NCBI GenBank assembly: GCA_963826115.1
Contig: CAWGVS010000012.1
Location: 640,001-704,000 of the forward strand
Direction: 5' to 3'
Length of the DNA stretch: 64,000 bases
Source of the DNA: an uncultured Candidatus Rokubacteria bacterium
Lineage (GTDB): Bacteria > Methylomirabilota > Methylomirabilia > Rokubacteriales > DASRDR01
The notes under the pieces were generated by a model, which worked only from the letters and a program-made list of their open reading frames with translations, was not told where the DNA came from and searched no databases. Positions 48,412-59,390 of the stretch are shown one piece after another; position 1 is the stretch's first letter; each line of letters starts with the position of its first letter. The translations under genes and the position numbers were made by a program.

Positions 48412-49626
48412 ATGAACGAGGTTTCGAAGACCACCACGTCGTCGATGGCGTCATGGTCACTGACGCGAGCCATTGGGCGCGTCATGGTCATGGCGCTTGC
48501 GGTGGCGGCGATCGTTTGGCTTGTCGCCGCGCTCAGAGGCGTGCTGCTGCTCGTCGTGCTCGCGATCTTCTTCGCCTACGTGCTGGCGCCCCTCGTGGAC
48601 CGTGCGTGCCGTCCTGTCACGCTACGAGGGCGCGAGCATGCCTTGCCCCGCACGCTGGCGATCGGCGTGGTGTACCTCCTCACGTTCGCGTTGCTGGCGC
48701 TCGGCGCCGCCTTCCTGCTCCCCCACGTGAGCACGCAACTCACCCAGTTCGCCCAGCAGGCTCCGAGCTACCTGGAGGCCGCGCGTTCGCGGGCACTTGG
48801 ATGGACCACCTCCTACGAGGCGTACCGGCTGCCGGCTGCCGTCCGGGACGCCATCAATTCGAGTGTCCTGCACGCGACGGAGCTGGTGGGGAAGTACGTC
48901 ACGGAAGGGCTGGGAAGCGTCATCATCCAAGTGCTCGGATATCTTCCGCGGCTCGTGTTGATTCCGATTCTCGCCTTCTTTCTCCTGAAGGACTCGACTG
49001 CCTTTCGCGCGATGGCGCTGCGGACGCTCCCGTGGGGGCGCTGGCGCGCGCGTGGCCGCGAGGTTCTCGAGGACATCAGTGCGACGTTGGCCGTGTATAT
49101 CCGCGCGCAGCTGATCGCCTGTCTGCTGATCGGCGCGGTCTGCACCGTCGGCTTCTCCCTCATTGGCGTGCCGTACGCCCTCGTGCTCGGGATCATGGCG
49201 GGCCTCCTGGAGTTCGTCCCGCTCGTGGGACCGCTCGTCGTCGGGCTGATGGCGGCGCTGATCGCCAGCTTCGTCTCCAGCACGCAAGTGCTCGTCGTTG
49301 TCGCGTTTTTGGGCCTGGTGCGCCTCGTGGAGGACTACGTCATCTACCCGCGCCTCATCGGACAGGGCATGCGGCTCCATCCGTTCGCGGTGATCGTGGC
49401 GGTCTTGTGCGGCGCGGAGCTGGGCGGCGTGCCCGGCGTGTTTCTGGCGATCCCGACGGTCGCGGTCGCGTCAGTCGGCTACCGCCACTGGCTGGCACAC
49501 ACCGGCAGTGAAGGGTTGGTGGCGGACCTGCTGAAGCTGGAATCGGGGGGTACGACGGACCGTTCGAAGCCAGGATTGACTGGGCCGGAGAATGCGGCGA
49601 TCGGTGGCCGGGAACGTGTGGCGTAA
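48412..49626 (+). CDS. AI-2E/PerM family transporter
   Basis: AYVLAPLV, FFLLKD, YIRAQL, EFVPLVGP, YPRLIG..LHP. Confidence 0.92.
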   Translation: MNEVSKTTTSSMASWSLTRAIGRVMVMALAVAAIVWLVAALRGVLLLVVLAIFFAYVLAPLVDRACRPVTLRGREHALPRTLAIGVVYLLTFALLALGAAFLLPHVSTQLTQFAQQAPSYLEAARSRALGWTTSYEAYRLPAAVRDAINSSVLHATELVGKYVTEGLGSVIIQVLGYLPRLVLIPILAFFLLKDSTAFRAMALRTLPWGRWRARGREVLEDISATLAVYIRAQLIACLLIGAVCTVGFSLIGVPYALVLGIMAGLLEFVPLVGPLVVGLMAALIASFVSSTQVLVVVAFLGLVRLVEDYVIYPRLIGQGMRLHPFAVIVAVLCGAELGGVPGVFLAIPTVAVASVGYRHWLAHTGSEGLVADLLKLESGGTTDRSKPGLTGPENAAIGGRERVA

Positions 49627-49957
49627 CCACACGGGGAATCCGCTCCGTCGAACAGCGTGTGACTGGCAGCCCGGCACGATTCACGGGTTCGAGGCGGCGA
49701 AGGCGACGCTGCAGGACCTCAAGGTCGGGAACAGGATCGACGCGAAGCGGAGATCGTCACCGAAGGGCTGAGGGGAATCCGGCGGCCGAGGCCGGGAAAG
49801 GCCTCTGACCACCCTGGCGTAACCGAGGTAGCTCATCGTGCAGCAGCGTCCGCAGAGATGCCAAGAGGAAGGGAGAGCCAGGCCCGTATCCATCCCGAGT
49901 CCGTTCGGAAGAGGACGACCGAGACGTTCTGAAGCCCACATTACAGGGGGGGGGACC

Positions 49958-50272
49958 ATGAGAACCACAAATCCGATGGTGCGCTCGTTCTTAGTGCTGC
50001 TGATGATGGCCGCAATCGCGGGTTGCGCGGGTAGCCGGACCCAGCAGAGCACGGGCGAATATGTGGATGACTCCGCCATCACGGCGAAGGTGAAGAACGC
50101 CGTGCTCCAGGATCCATCGCTCAAGGTGTTCGAGATCGGCGTCGAAACGTTCAAGGGCGTTGTCCAGCTGAGTGGCTTCGTGAACTCGTCGGAGACGGTG
50201 AATCGGGCGACCCAGGTGGCGCGCAGCGTCGGAGGAGTGACCTCGGTGAAGAATGACCTCATCGTCAAGTAG
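49958..50272 (+). CDS. BON-domain (OsmY-like) lipoprotein
   Basis: IAGC lipobox; STGEYVDDSAITAKVK, GVVQLSGFV, VKNDL. Confidence 0.93.
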   Translation: MRTTNPMVRSFLVLLMMAAIAGCAGSRTQQSTGEYVDDSAITAKVKNAVLQDPSLKVFEIGVETFKGVVQLSGFVNSSETVNRATQVARSVGGVTSVKNDLIVK

Positions 50273-50361
50273 GGACCTGTAGCCCCGAGCCTCCGTCCGT
50301 GGTGGGCGGCGGGGTCGGGGCGCGCTCCGGTAACGTTGTCCGAGACAAACTGGAGGGGATC

Positions 50362-50613
50362 ATGCATCTGCTTCTGTTCATTCTCATCGGGTTGATTGCG
50401 GGAACGCTGGCGGGGCGGGTTGTGAGCGGTCATGGCTACGGCGTGCTGGGCGACATCGTCGTCGGAGTCGTCGGCGCGTTCCTGGGAGGATGGATCTTTG
50501 CCACGTTCCTGGGCGTGGCCGGAGGAGGGATTCTCTTCAGCCTCCTCACGGCGTTCATCGGGGCGATCGTCCTGCTCTGGCTGATCCGGCTGGTCGCCCC
50601 GGCCCGCGCCTAG
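50362..50613 (+). CDS. GlsB/YeaQ/YmgE transglycosylase-associated stress membrane protein
   Basis: IGLIAGTLAG...GDIVVGVVGAFLGG...AFIGAIVLLWL. Confidence 0.92.
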   Translation: MHLLLFILIGLIAGTLAGRVVSGHGYGVLGDIVVGVVGAFLGGWIFATFLGVAGGGILFSLLTAFIGAIVLLWLIRLVAPARA

Positions 50614-50904
50614 TCACCCACAAGAGGCGCGTCCACGCGGGACTGGTCCCGTCCTCGCATGAAACGGGGCGCGGAGGCTGGTGATGGTCGGCGTCGAGAC
50701 GTCCGCGACGGCTGCGGTCGTCCGTGGCGGGATTGGGGACCCGCGAGATCGTAGGCGGCAGTGTCCCCGCTTGGCTCGGCGGGCGGCCGATCGGCGCCCG
50801 TCGAGCTGTGCGAGTGCCCTCCGGAGTCCGTGGCTGGCTCAAACGCTCGTGACGACGTTCGGAGAGTAGTGGGCAGGAGAGCAGTGGCACCAGAGCCACC
50901 CTCT

Positions 50905-51156
50905 GCCCTGGAGACGGCGAGGATCCCCGACTTCCGGTTCCACGATTGCCGGCACACGTTCGCGTCCCGGTTGGCCATGACTCCAGGCGTCGACCTGTAC
51001 ACGGTCCAGCGAGCGGGAGGGTGGAAGAGTCAGGCGATGGTGCAGCGGTACGCCCACCTCAGCCCCGACTACGTGAGGGCCGCCGTCGAGCGGATGGCCC
51101 GGGGTCAATCCGAGGGTGGAACCGGCGCGAAAACCGGCACTGACCGGACCGCATGA
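50905..51156 (+). pseudogene. Tyrosine integrase C-terminal remnant
   Basis: FRFHDCRHTFASRL (HxxR) ... GGWKSQAMVQRYAHL (catalytic Tyr); N-terminal portion absent; ends 40 bp from the tRNA 3' end. Confidence 0.9.
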
Positions 51157-51196
51157 GAACAGCCCGCGCGACGTAAGTGCCTGGACAATTAGTTAG

Positions 51197-51273
<77 letters not shown>

Positions 51274-51374
51274 GTTCAGGCTTCCGATAGTTTACCCGAC
51301 GCCATTTCCAGGCTGACCCGCAAAACGCGACGGACGCGCGACCGGATCGGCCGCCGCCGCGCAGGAGCGGCCGG

Positions 51375-51581
51375 TCACCGCTCCGGTGTGCCGGCGGCGG
51401 TGACAACCGCGCCCCCGCAGAACGGCACGCGCACACTGGCGGTGACACGGGTGCTGACGCCCTCGGCCGCCCCCTTGAGGCTCTCGACGATGCGCTCCAA
51501 GTGGCTCTGGACAATCTTGTCGCTCGGCGAGCCGACGAAGTCGATCTCGGTCACGACCGTCACGCTGAAGGTCCGTCGCAT
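51375..51581 (-). CDS. Small hypothetical protein
   Basis: GGGAGG RBS; protein-like 68-aa ORF. Confidence 0.55.
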   Translation of the reverse strand: MRRTFSVTVVTEIDFVGSPSDKIVQSHLERIVESLKGAAEGVSTRVTASVRVPFCGGAVVTAAGTPER

Positions 51582-51742
51582 GTCCGTCCTCCCGGCGCGG
51601 TACGCCGCGCCCCTCCGGGTGGCCGCCCGGCCGGTGGTCCCCGGAGCCGCAGCCGGGTTCCTGGAACCATCACCCCGTTCCCTGGTGCCGTCAATGCGAT
51701 GCGTACGACCCAAACTCCGCGACCGAAAGGAGCGGTTCGACG

Positions 51743-52096
51743 ATGGAACGGAACAACTTCGACATCGCGCCGAGACTGTGGGACCTCGCCAAGCTCGTGA
51801 CGGGGTTCGCGATCGTCCAATCCGTGGCGCTTGGCTACAAGGCTGTCGACCATGAATTCAAGACTGCCATGCTGTCGGGCCGCTCCGTCATTGCGGCGCT
51901 GGTGATCACGTCCCTGTTCTACTGGTTCTACTTCCGCGCGGTTCGATGGTGCCACCGGCAGCTGCGCGTCCGGGTCCCCGATCACGCCGACACGCTGGCA
52001 ACGATCTCGAGGGCGCAGGTCCTCGCCATCGGCGGGTCGCTCCTGATCAGCGTGGTGGCGATCGCGGGGCCCTTCATCAACGCCCTGTGGCCGTAG
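51743..52096 (+). CDS. Hypothetical membrane protein (3 TM)
   Basis: AAAGGAG RBS; three hydrophobic segments. Confidence 0.65.
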   Translation: MERNNFDIAPRLWDLAKLVTGFAIVQSVALGYKAVDHEFKTAMLSGRSVIAALVITSLFYWFYFRAVRWCHRQLRVRVPDHADTLATISRAQVLAIGGSLLISVVAIAGPFINALWP

Positions 52097-52133
52097 ACGC
52101 GGCGATCGGCAGGAGCGCCCGGAGCGGAGGAAG

Positions 52134-52210
52134 TGGTCGGGGCGAGCCGATTTGAACGGCCGACCTCCTGCTCCCAAGGCAGGCGCGCTACCCGGCTGCG
52201 CCACGCCCCG
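52134..52210 (-). tRNA. tRNA-Pro(TGG)
   Basis: CGGGGCGTGGCGCAG...CCTGC-CTTGGGA-GCAGG...GTTCAAAT...CCA. Confidence 0.97.
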
Positions 52211-52260
52211 ACCCGCCTATCCTACACCAGCACCCGCGCGGACCCGGCCCGCGCGCCGCG

Positions 52261-52785
52261 TCAGCGCTCGAGGATGCCGAGGAACGCCCGCCAGGGCCCG
52301 ACGGCCTCGGTGTGCTGCCGCGCGAGGACGTCGACGATCTGGCCCAGATGGTTCAGGTCGTGGACGGCCCACGTCGCGACGAGCTGCCCGAGCGTGACCG
52401 GGCCGAAGTCGGGGTGCCGCCCGCGCCGCGCCTCGTCGCCGGGTGCAAGCCCCAGCCGATCGAGCGCCTCGAGGCTCCGGGCGCGCCGCTCGCGGAACCG
52501 GTCCAGCAGCGCCGGGAGGGGCTGGCCCTGGAGTTTCTCCTCGAACCCGAAGCGGTCGAAGGGCGGGAACGCGGCCGACTCGCCGTGGGCGAGGAGGTGA
52601 CGGAGGCGCGGGATCCAGTTCGTCTCCTCGGCCTCGATCAGGTGCCCGACGACGTCGGCGCTCGACCACGTGTCGGGCCCCTCGTTCTCGCGCACCCACG
52701 GGTCCGGTAGCCCGCGCAGAAGGGCATCGAGCACGTCGGGCGTGCGGCGGAGAAGCGTCCGCGCCGTGTCGAGGTCAAGAGCCAT
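52261..52785 (-). CDS. DinB family protein
   Basis: WSSADVVGHL..AEETNW.PR, TWAVHDLNHL. Confidence 0.9.
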   Translation of the reverse strand: MALDLDTARTLLRRTPDVLDALLRGLPDPWVRENEGPDTWSSADVVGHLIEAEETNWIPRLRHLLAHGESAAFPPFDRFGFEEKLQGQPLPALLDRFRERRARSLEALDRLGLAPGDEARRGRHPDFGPVTLGQLVATWAVHDLNHLGQIVDVLARQHTEAVGPWRAFLGILER

Positions 52786-52811
52786 GGCCGTCGACTCCCC
52801 GTCCGGCGCGC

Positions 52812-53213
52812 TCACGGGGGCAGCATCGTGACCGATGCCACGGCGGCGCGGTTCACGAGGATCCGGATGTTGTTGCTGTTCGCGTCGGCGGGCAGGACGA
52901 AGAAGAACGGGCGCGTCTGCTCGTAGGTGGGCGCGAGCGCCACCAGGCGCTCCCCGTCCCGGAAGGCGATCTCGAGCCGCTTCGCGCCGGTCGCCCGGGC
53001 GTCCGCCGGCACGATGGCCTGCTTCTCGACGTAGGCGCGGTTGCCCTCGAGGTCCTTCACGATGAACAGCGCCTTCAGCTCGGCGAGCGGGATCGCGATC
53101 GTCTTGCGGTCCGACGTCACGATGTGGCAGATCGGGCGGTCCGGCAGGACGTTCTCGGCCGAACCCTTGACGAGCCGCCCGCTCCGGAAGTGGGCCACGA
53201 CCTTGTGCGCCAT
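52812..53213 (-). CDS. Conserved hypothetical protein (DUF6982-like)
   Basis: KVVAHF..G..VKG, LKALFIVK, FRDGE.L, FFVLPAD..SNN.RI. Confidence 0.75.
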   Translation of the reverse strand: MAHKVVAHFRSGRLVKGSAENVLPDRPICHIVTSDRKTIAIPLAELKALFIVKDLEGNRAYVEKQAIVPADARATGAKRLEIAFRDGERLVALAPTYEQTRPFFFVLPADANSNNIRILVNRAAVASVTMLPP

Positions 53214-53394
53214 GGGCTCCTCGCTCCCGCTACAGGAGGTTCGCGTCCCGGGCGATCATCCACGCGCCGGCCAGGCCCTTCCGGAGGATCGTGAGCGTGT
53301 GGCCCGCGCGGCGCACCGTCGGGAGGTCGCCGGCCCGCGAGGCCGCGAGCCACGTGTCGACCAGCGTCCGGATCGCCGCCTCGTCCTCCCGCAC

Positions 53395-54210
53395 CTACCG
53401 GGTCTCCCGCAGGAACGCCGTGAGGTCGGCGGCGACGCGCTCCGGGCGCTCCCAGTTCGGGCAGTGCCCGGTGTCCGGGTACTCGATCAGCCGGGCGCTC
53501 GGGATGGCCGCGGCCAGCTGCCGCTGGTCGTCCCGGCCAAAGAGCGCGTCGTGCTCGCCCCACAGGATGAGGGTCGGCGCCGCGATCCGCCCGAGGTCGG
53601 CCGTGTCGTCGAAGCGCAAGAGCCCGTTGAGCCCGGCGCGCCAGACGCGGGCCGGCGCCTTGACGCTCTCGGCGACGAGCCCGTCGAAGAACTCCGGCGG
53701 CACCGGGGCGTGGATCGTGCCCCGCTGGAAGTCCCGCGCGAAGTGGAGCGGCACCTGGTCCGGGAGGCCGCGGAGCGAGGCTCGCACCGCCCGGGTCACG
53801 TCGTTCAGGGGCCGGAAGCCCGGGCCGATCAGCGCGAGCCGGGCCACCCGCTCGGGGTGGCGCTCCGCCACGCGGCGCGCGATGAACGTGCCGAGCGAGT
53901 GCCCGACCACGGTCGCGCGCCGGACCGAGACCGCGTCCAGGAACGCCACCGCGTCGGCGGCAAGGTCGTCGATCCCGTAGCCCGCATCCGGCCGCTCCGA
54001 GTCGCCGAACCCACGCGCGTCCCACGCGAGGGCGCGGCAGTGCGGGGGCAGGAGCGGCAGCACCCGGCTGAACGAGAACCAGGAGTCGGGCCACCCGTGG
54101 AGCAGGAGGATCGCCTCGCCGGCGGGATCCCCGCCTTCCGCGTACTGAAGCCGCGGCCCCGTCGCGAGGTCCGCCGTCCCGAACCGGAGCCCCGCGCCGG
54201 CGACGCTCAT
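53395..54210 (-). CDS. Alpha/beta hydrolase
   Basis: LLHGWPDS, DARGFGDS, VGHSLG, WGEHD, TGHCPNWE. Confidence 0.92.
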   Translation of the reverse strand: MSVAGAGLRFGTADLATGPRLQYAEGGDPAGEAILLLHGWPDSWFSFSRVLPLLPPHCRALAWDARGFGDSERPDAGYGIDDLAADAVAFLDAVSVRRATVVGHSLGTFIARRVAERHPERVARLALIGPGFRPLNDVTRAVRASLRGLPDQVPLHFARDFQRGTIHAPVPPEFFDGLVAESVKAPARVWRAGLNGLLRFDDTADLGRIAAPTLILWGEHDALFGRDDQRQLAAAIPSARLIEYPDTGHCPNWERPERVAADLTAFLRETR

Positions 54211-54896
54211 CGGGGGCCGGCCACGCCCCGGGGCCGCGGCGGCACCCGCGCGGCCGCGGGCCGCCAGCACAGGACCTCCACGCCCTCCCACCACCAGGGC
54301 TGACCCCGGTCCTTGCCCTCGAGGGTCAGGAGCCGCTCCGCCCTCGGCTGGCCGGCCAGGTAGTCGCGGATCGCCCGCCCGACCTGCTCCCAGTCGGTGT
54401 CGTCGACGATGAGGAGGGCGTCGTCCACGAGGTAGGGCTCGATCAGCCGGAGGCCCCGGAGCTGCGACCGGTAGTCGTGCGCCGCGTCGTAGTAGTAGAC
54501 GCCGACCCGCCGGGGGCCGAGCGCGCCCTGGCGGAGGAGCCGGAAGGCGTCGCCCTCCAGGATGGCGTGGCCTCCGAGGCCGTGGCGCCTCAGGTTCGCT
54601 TCGAGACCGCGCCGGCTTCCGCCGCCGAGCGAGAAGTCGTCGATCCCGACGAAGTCGCCCGTGTTTCCGAGCATCGCCGCGATCAGGCTCAGCCCCTTGA
54701 ACGAGCCGACCTCGACGTAGCTCTCGCCACCGTCGAGGCAGGACGCGGCGAGGTTCAGGAGGGCGAGATTGTTCTCGCGCGCCAGCCCGCCGACGTCCTC
54801 GAGGATCGGCGCGAAGCGGCGGTCGCGCGGGTGGGTGGAGCGCGGGAACCGGGTGAAGAGCCGCGGCAGCTCCCGGGCGAACCGCTCGGCGTTCAC
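54207..54896 (-). CDS. Class I SAM methyltransferase (Methyltransf_24-like)
   Basis: YVEVGSFKGLS, GIDDF, YYDAAHDY, IVDD. Confidence 0.88.
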   Translation of the reverse strand: MNAERFARELPRLFTRFPRSTHPRDRRFAPILEDVGGLARENNLALLNLAASCLDGGESYVEVGSFKGLSLIAAMLGNTGDFVGIDDFSLGGGSRRGLEANLRRHGLGGHAILEGDAFRLLRQGALGPRRVGVYYYDAAHDYRSQLRGLRLIEPYLVDDALLIVDDTDWEQVGRAIRDYLAGQPRAERLLTLEGKDRGQPWWWEGVEVLCWRPAAARVPPRPRGVAGPR

Positions 54897-55012
54897 GCCC
54901 GGCGGTCCCCTCGCGCGCGCTCCAGCTGTCTGCCTTGCCCCGACCGCATCGGTTCGCCTCCGTCGGAGAAAAATCGTACCATCGACGCGGCGGCGCGGGC
55001 TGCCGCCCGATC

Positions 55013-55810
55013 ATGACGCCAGCGCTGAGCGAGACCGGCCGGCGGCGACGGATCGCGCTCCTCGTGGCGATCACGGCGCTCATGGCGATCGTGCTGGCCT
55101 TCGTGCCGCCGATCCCGCAGGACCCCGCGTATCACGCCTTCGCCGACGAGCGGCCGCTCTTCCGGATCCCGAACTTCGCCAACGTCGTCTCGAACCTCCC
55201 GTTCCTCCTGGTCGGCCTTCTCGGCTTCCGGTTCCTCGCGCGCGACCCCCGGGCGCGGGGAGGGTCCGCCTTCGCGTCGCCCGCGGACCGGCCTCCGTAC
55301 TGGCCCTTCTTCGCCGGCGTCGGTCTCACCGCGTTCGGCTCGGCGTACTACCACTGGGACCCGAACAACGGGACGCTCTTCTGGGACCGCGTGCCGATGA
55401 CCATCGCCTTCATGGCCCTCCTCGCGAGCGTGCTCGGCGAGCGAGTCAGCGTGCGGGCCGGGGCGCGGGCTCTCTGGCCGCTCGTCCTGGCGGGCCTGGC
55501 GAGCACGCTTTACTGGCACCTGACCGAGGCGCGGGGCGCGGGCGACCTCCGGCCCTACGGGCTGGTCCAGTTCGGCAGCATGGTGCTCATCCCGCTCATG
55601 CTCGGCCTCTTCCCGCCCCGCTACACCAGGACGGTCGATCTCGTCGGCTCGATCGCCTGGTACGGCGCGGCGAAGGTGTTCGAATTCTTCGACCACGGCT
55701 TCCTCGCGCTGACCGGGGTGAGCGGGCACACCTGGAAGCACCTCGCCTCCGCGGTGAGCGCCTACTGGATCCTCCGGATGCTGGCGCAGCGGCGACCGCT
55801 CGTAGCCTAG
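55013..55810 (+). CDS. Ceramidase-like CREST-superfamily membrane hydrolase
   Basis: YHAFAD, NVVSNLPF, GSAYYH, WDRVPM, SGHTWKH. Confidence 0.88.
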   Translation: MTPALSETGRRRRIALLVAITALMAIVLAFVPPIPQDPAYHAFADERPLFRIPNFANVVSNLPFLLVGLLGFRFLARDPRARGGSAFASPADRPPYWPFFAGVGLTAFGSAYYHWDPNNGTLFWDRVPMTIAFMALLASVLGERVSVRAGARALWPLVLAGLASTLYWHLTEARGAGDLRPYGLVQFGSMVLIPLMLGLFPPRYTRTVDLVGSIAWYGAAKVFEFFDHGFLALTGVSGHTWKHLASAVSAYWILRMLAQRRPLVA

Positions 55811-56418
55811 CCCGCGCGGAGGCGGGCGGCCCAGCGTTGGAGGACGGGCCGGGCCGCGGCGGCCGCGCGCCCCCGGTGGCTCAGCCGGTCCTTCTCGGCG
55901 GCCGGGAGCTCGCCGAACGTCCGGCCGAGCGCGGGCACGAGGAAGATCGGATCGTACCCGAACCCGCCGGTCCCGCGCGGGGCGTCGGTCAGGACGCCCT
56001 CGACGGTGTCCTCGGTCACCGCCTCCTCGCCCCACGGCGCGACCAGCGCGAGGAGGCACCGGAAGCGCGCGCCGCGCGCGGGGGTCGGGCCGACTTCGGC
56101 CAGGAGCCGCGTCACCCGCTCGGCGTCGCTCAACCCCGCTCCGCCGTAGCGCGCCGACGCCACGCCGGGGCCTCCGCCCAGCGCGTCGACCTCGATCCCC
56201 GAGTCGTCGCCCACGGCGACGACGCCGGGCGCGGCCCGCGCGACCGTCCGGGCCTTCTCGAGGGCATTCTCCCGGTAGCTCGTCTCGCCCTCGGGCGGGA
56301 GCGCGACACCGGCGAGGTTGCGCAGCGAGCCGATCGCGTAGCCGAGGCCGTCGAGGAGGACCGCGAGCTCCGTCGCCTTGCCGGCGTTCGCCGTGGCGAG
56401 CACGAGCCGCGGCGTCAC
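55807..56418 (-). CDS. rdgB: Non-canonical purine NTP pyrophosphatase (RdgB/HAM1)
   Basis: ATANAGK, ENA..KA, DDSGIEV, GFGYDP, SHRG. Confidence 0.95.
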   Translation of the reverse strand: MTPRLVLATANAGKATELAVLLDGLGYAIGSLRNLAGVALPPEGETSYRENALEKARTVARAAPGVVAVGDDSGIEVDALGGGPGVASARYGGAGLSDAERVTRLLAEVGPTPARGARFRCLLALVAPWGEEAVTEDTVEGVLTDAPRGTGGFGYDPIFLVPALGRTFGELPAAEKDRLSHRGRAAAAARPVLQRWAARLRAG

Positions 56419-57155
56419 GGGAGCGTGAAGACCGCCGTCGTCCGATCGGCGAGCGCGCGGCGCTGGAAGGCGAGGAGCCGCGCCACGCCCTGGCGGGCGA
56501 GCCCGAGGAGGCCGTCGAGCTGCGCCTGGTCGAAGGGCGTCTTCTCCGCGGTCCCCTGGACCTCGACGAAGCGCTCGGCCCCCGTCATCACGACGTTCAT
56601 GTCCACCTCGGCCGTCGAGTCCTCCACGTAGTCGAGGTCGACGACCGGCGTGCCGCCGACGACGCCGACGCTGGTCGCGGCGACCAGGTCGCGGAGCGGC
56701 TCGGAGAGGAGGCGGCCGCTGTCGCGGAGCTGCTGGATCGCGTCGGCGAGGGCCACGTAGCCGCCGGTGATCGCGGCCGTCCGGGTCCCGCCGTCCGCCT
56801 GGATGACGTCGCAGTCGACGGTGATCGTGCGCTCGCCGAGCTGGGTGAGCGTCACCACCGCGCGGAGGGAGCGTCCCACGAGGCGCTGGATCTCGTGGGT
56901 CCGGCCCCCGGTCCGGCCGGCCTCGCGGCCCGTCCGGGTATTCGTGGCGCGCGGCAGCATCCCGTACTCCGCGGTGACCCAGCCCTGGCCGCTGCCCCGG
57001 AGGAACGGGGGCACCCGGTCCTCGACCGACGCGGTGCAGATGACGCGGGTGTCGCCGACCTCGACGAGCACGGCGCCCTCGGCGTGGCGCGTGTAGCGGC
57101 GCGTGAGCCGCACGGGCCGGAGGTCCGCGGGCGCGCGGCCGTCGTGGCGCGTCAC
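56415..57155 (-). CDS. rph: Ribonuclease PH
   Basis: [44 protein letters not shown]. Confidence 0.97.
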   Translation of the reverse strand: MTRHDGRAPADLRPVRLTRRYTRHAEGAVLVEVGDTRVICTASVEDRVPPFLRGSGQGWVTAEYGMLPRATNTRTGREAGRTGGRTHEIQRLVGRSLRAVVTLTQLGERTITVDCDVIQADGGTRTAAITGGYVALADAIQQLRDSGRLLSEPLRDLVAATSVGVVGGTPVVDLDYVEDSTAEVDMNVVMTGAERFVEVQGTAEKTPFDQAQLDGLLGLARQGVARLLAFQRRALADRTTAVFTLP

Positions 57156-58909
57156 CGCTTCACCACGACGCCCGCGCGCTGCTCGTAGCTCTTCTTGTAG
57201 GCGGCGACGCCGGCCACGAGAGCCCGCGCGATCCGGTCGCGGTAGCCGTCGTCCCGGAGGCGCTGCTCCTCCTGCGGGTTCGAGATGAACCCGATCTCGA
57301 CGAGGACCGCCGGCATCGCCGCGCCCCCCAGGACGTAGAAGGGCGCCTGCTTGACGCCGCGGCTCGGCCGTCGGAGCGCGCGGTCGAGGTTGTTCTGGAG
57401 GGCCTCCGCCACGCGGCTCGACTCCTGCTGGAAGTCCGACTGGGAAAGATCCCAGAGGATCGACCGCAGGACGTCGGGCGAGCCCCCCTTCGCGCCCCCG
57501 TCCGTCCCGAGGAGCCGGTTCTCGTACTCGGCCGCCCGGCGGGCCGCCCCGTCCGTCGCCTCGTTGGAGAGGAAGTAGGTCTCGGTCCCCGTCGCGCTGC
57601 CGTCAGGCGCGGCGTTGACGTGGATCGAGAGGAAGAGGTCCGCCCGCTCGCGGTTCGCGAGCGTGGTCCGCTCGCGGAGGCCGATGAACTGGTCCTTCGC
57701 GCGCGTGAGGATGACGCGCATGCCGAGCTCCTCCTGGAGAACCGCCGCCACGCGCCGCGCGATGTCGAGCGTGAGCTCCTTCTCCTGGAGACCGCTCGGG
57801 CCGAGGGCGCCCGTGTCGTGGCCCCCGTGGCCCGGATCGATCACGATCGTATGGAGGGGCTCCGGCCCCGCGTCGTTCGCCGACGCGGGGCCGGCCGCGG
57901 CGCGCGGGCCCTGGCGCTGGAAGTCGAGCACCACGCGCGGCGGATCCTCCAGGCGGAAGACCTTGCGCGACGCCGGCGGCCGCTCGAACGTGAGGCGGAG
58001 CGCCGCGGCGCCGCGCGCTTCGCCGAGCTCCGCGGTGGCGACGAGGCCGTCCCGCACCGTCCGCGTCCCCGTCCAGCCGCGCGGGCTCACGTCGGGGAAC
58101 GCGACGGTCAGGCCGCCGTCGCTCTCCACCAGTCGGGGCTCGATGGGCCCGTCTGCCTCGAGGACCACCCGCGTGTACGTGGGGTAGGAGCGGACGCGCA
58201 GCTCGACCCGGGACGCCGCCGCGGCCGCCGACGCCCCACGCGGCGGGGGGGGGAGCGGCACCTCCGGCTCGGCGCGGGCGATTTCGGCCGGGCGCGCGGG
58301 CAGGGCCGGAGCGGCCGCGGGCGCCGACGCGGGCGGCGGGGTCGCGGCGGGGCGGGCGGGAGCGGCCGACGGGGCGGGCGTCGGCTCCCGCGTGGGCGCG
58401 GCCATCGCCGGCACGGCGACCGCGCGCGGCGGAGCCGCCACCGCGGGGCTCGCCACGGCCTTCTCGCGCGCCGGCGGGATGACACGCGCCTCGTGGACCT
58501 CGCCCGGCGTCACGCGCACCGCGAAGCCGACCAAGGTCGGCAGGGCCCGGCCGAGGAGATCGCCAGGCACGCGCCAGGTGCCCTGACGGACGCGCACCGG
58601 CGCGGCGAGCGTGATCGCGCCCCCGTCGACGGTGATCCGGCTGGCGTCCCGCGACACCCGGACCACCCCGTAACGGCTCACGAGCGTCACGTGGTCGCCG
58701 CGCGGCGCGCGCTGCGTGGTGGCCTTCGCCAGGCGGGCGACGTCCGCCAGGAGGAAGTAGGTCGTGGGGCCCTGCGGCTCGCCGACGAGCCGCCCGAGGC
58801 GGACCCCCTTGGCCGTGCTGACATCGACCGCGACGGGGGCGGCGGCCGCGCCCGCCGCGAGGGCCAGCAGGAGCCCTGGCACCGAGAGCCGGGCAAGCCA
58901 CCTCAGCAT
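57152..58909 (-). CDS. N-acetylmuramoyl-L-alanine amidase (AmiC-like, AMIN + Amidase_3)
   Basis: Signal peptide; DPPRVVLD; IDPGHGG.D; EKE; SIHVN; LVEIGFISN. Confidence 0.92.
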   Translation of the reverse strand: MLRWLARLSVPGLLLALAAGAAAAPVAVDVSTAKGVRLGRLVGEPQGPTTYFLLADVARLAKATTQRAPRGDHVTLVSRYGVVRVSRDASRITVDGGAITLAAPVRVRQGTWRVPGDLLGRALPTLVGFAVRVTPGEVHEARVIPPAREKAVASPAVAAPPRAVAVPAMAAPTREPTPAPSAAPARPAATPPPASAPAAAPALPARPAEIARAEPEVPLPPPPRGASAAAAASRVELRVRSYPTYTRVVLEADGPIEPRLVESDGGLTVAFPDVSPRGWTGTRTVRDGLVATAELGEARGAAALRLTFERPPASRKVFRLEDPPRVVLDFQRQGPRAAAGPASANDAGPEPLHTIVIDPGHGGHDTGALGPSGLQEKELTLDIARRVAAVLQEELGMRVILTRAKDQFIGLRERTTLANRERADLFLSIHVNAAPDGSATGTETYFLSNEATDGAARRAAEYENRLLGTDGGAKGGSPDVLRSILWDLSQSDFQQESSRVAEALQNNLDRALRRPSRGVKQAPFYVLGGAAMPAVLVEIGFISNPQEEQRLRDDGYRDRIARALVAGVAAYKKSYEQRAGVVVKR

Positions 58910-59023
58910 AGGGGGAATCTCATTCTAGGCCGCGGGGTCCGGCCGACCCAAGCTTTCCGGCAGGGGAGCGGTCGTACCGCGCGCGGCGGCGAGGCCGCCG
59001 CGCCAGACGAGGAGGAGAAGGGG

Positions 59024-59381
59024 TGGTGGAGGCGGTGGGAATTGAACCCACGTCCGAAGACCGTCAGATCGAGGCCGCTACACCCATAGTCCGCGATTTG
59101 AGTCTCGCCCGACCGACGCTCCCACGGACGGGATCATGGCCGGACCAGCCTGATCGATCTCACGCCGCGTTGCCCAGGCACGCTCACGGCGCCAGCCTGC
59201 AGAATTATGACGCCCGGCCCCCTCCCCTGCGGGCGCGGGAGAGGCGGACGTCACCGCTAGTTAGGCGGCGAGTGCTAGCTGAGTGTCGGCAGCTATAGCC
59301 GACCCACCTTTTGACGAGGTGATGGGCGCCCTCGAGGTGCTGCCTCGAACGTCGTGATCCCCGTCGAAACCGATCGCCCCC
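59024..59381 (-). ncRNA. ssrA: tmRNA; tag peptide (A)ADTQLALAA
   Basis: 5' GGGGGCG pairs with CGCCTCC-ACCA (G3.U); resume context ATAGCT-GCC; tag ends LALAA-stop; adjacent to smpB. Confidence 0.96.
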
Positions 59382-59390
59382 ATGCCCTCC

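Noticed and set aside
58250-58460. Very GC-rich quasi-repetitive stretch
   Set aside because: Encodes the Pro/Ala linker of the amidase; not an independent repeat element.
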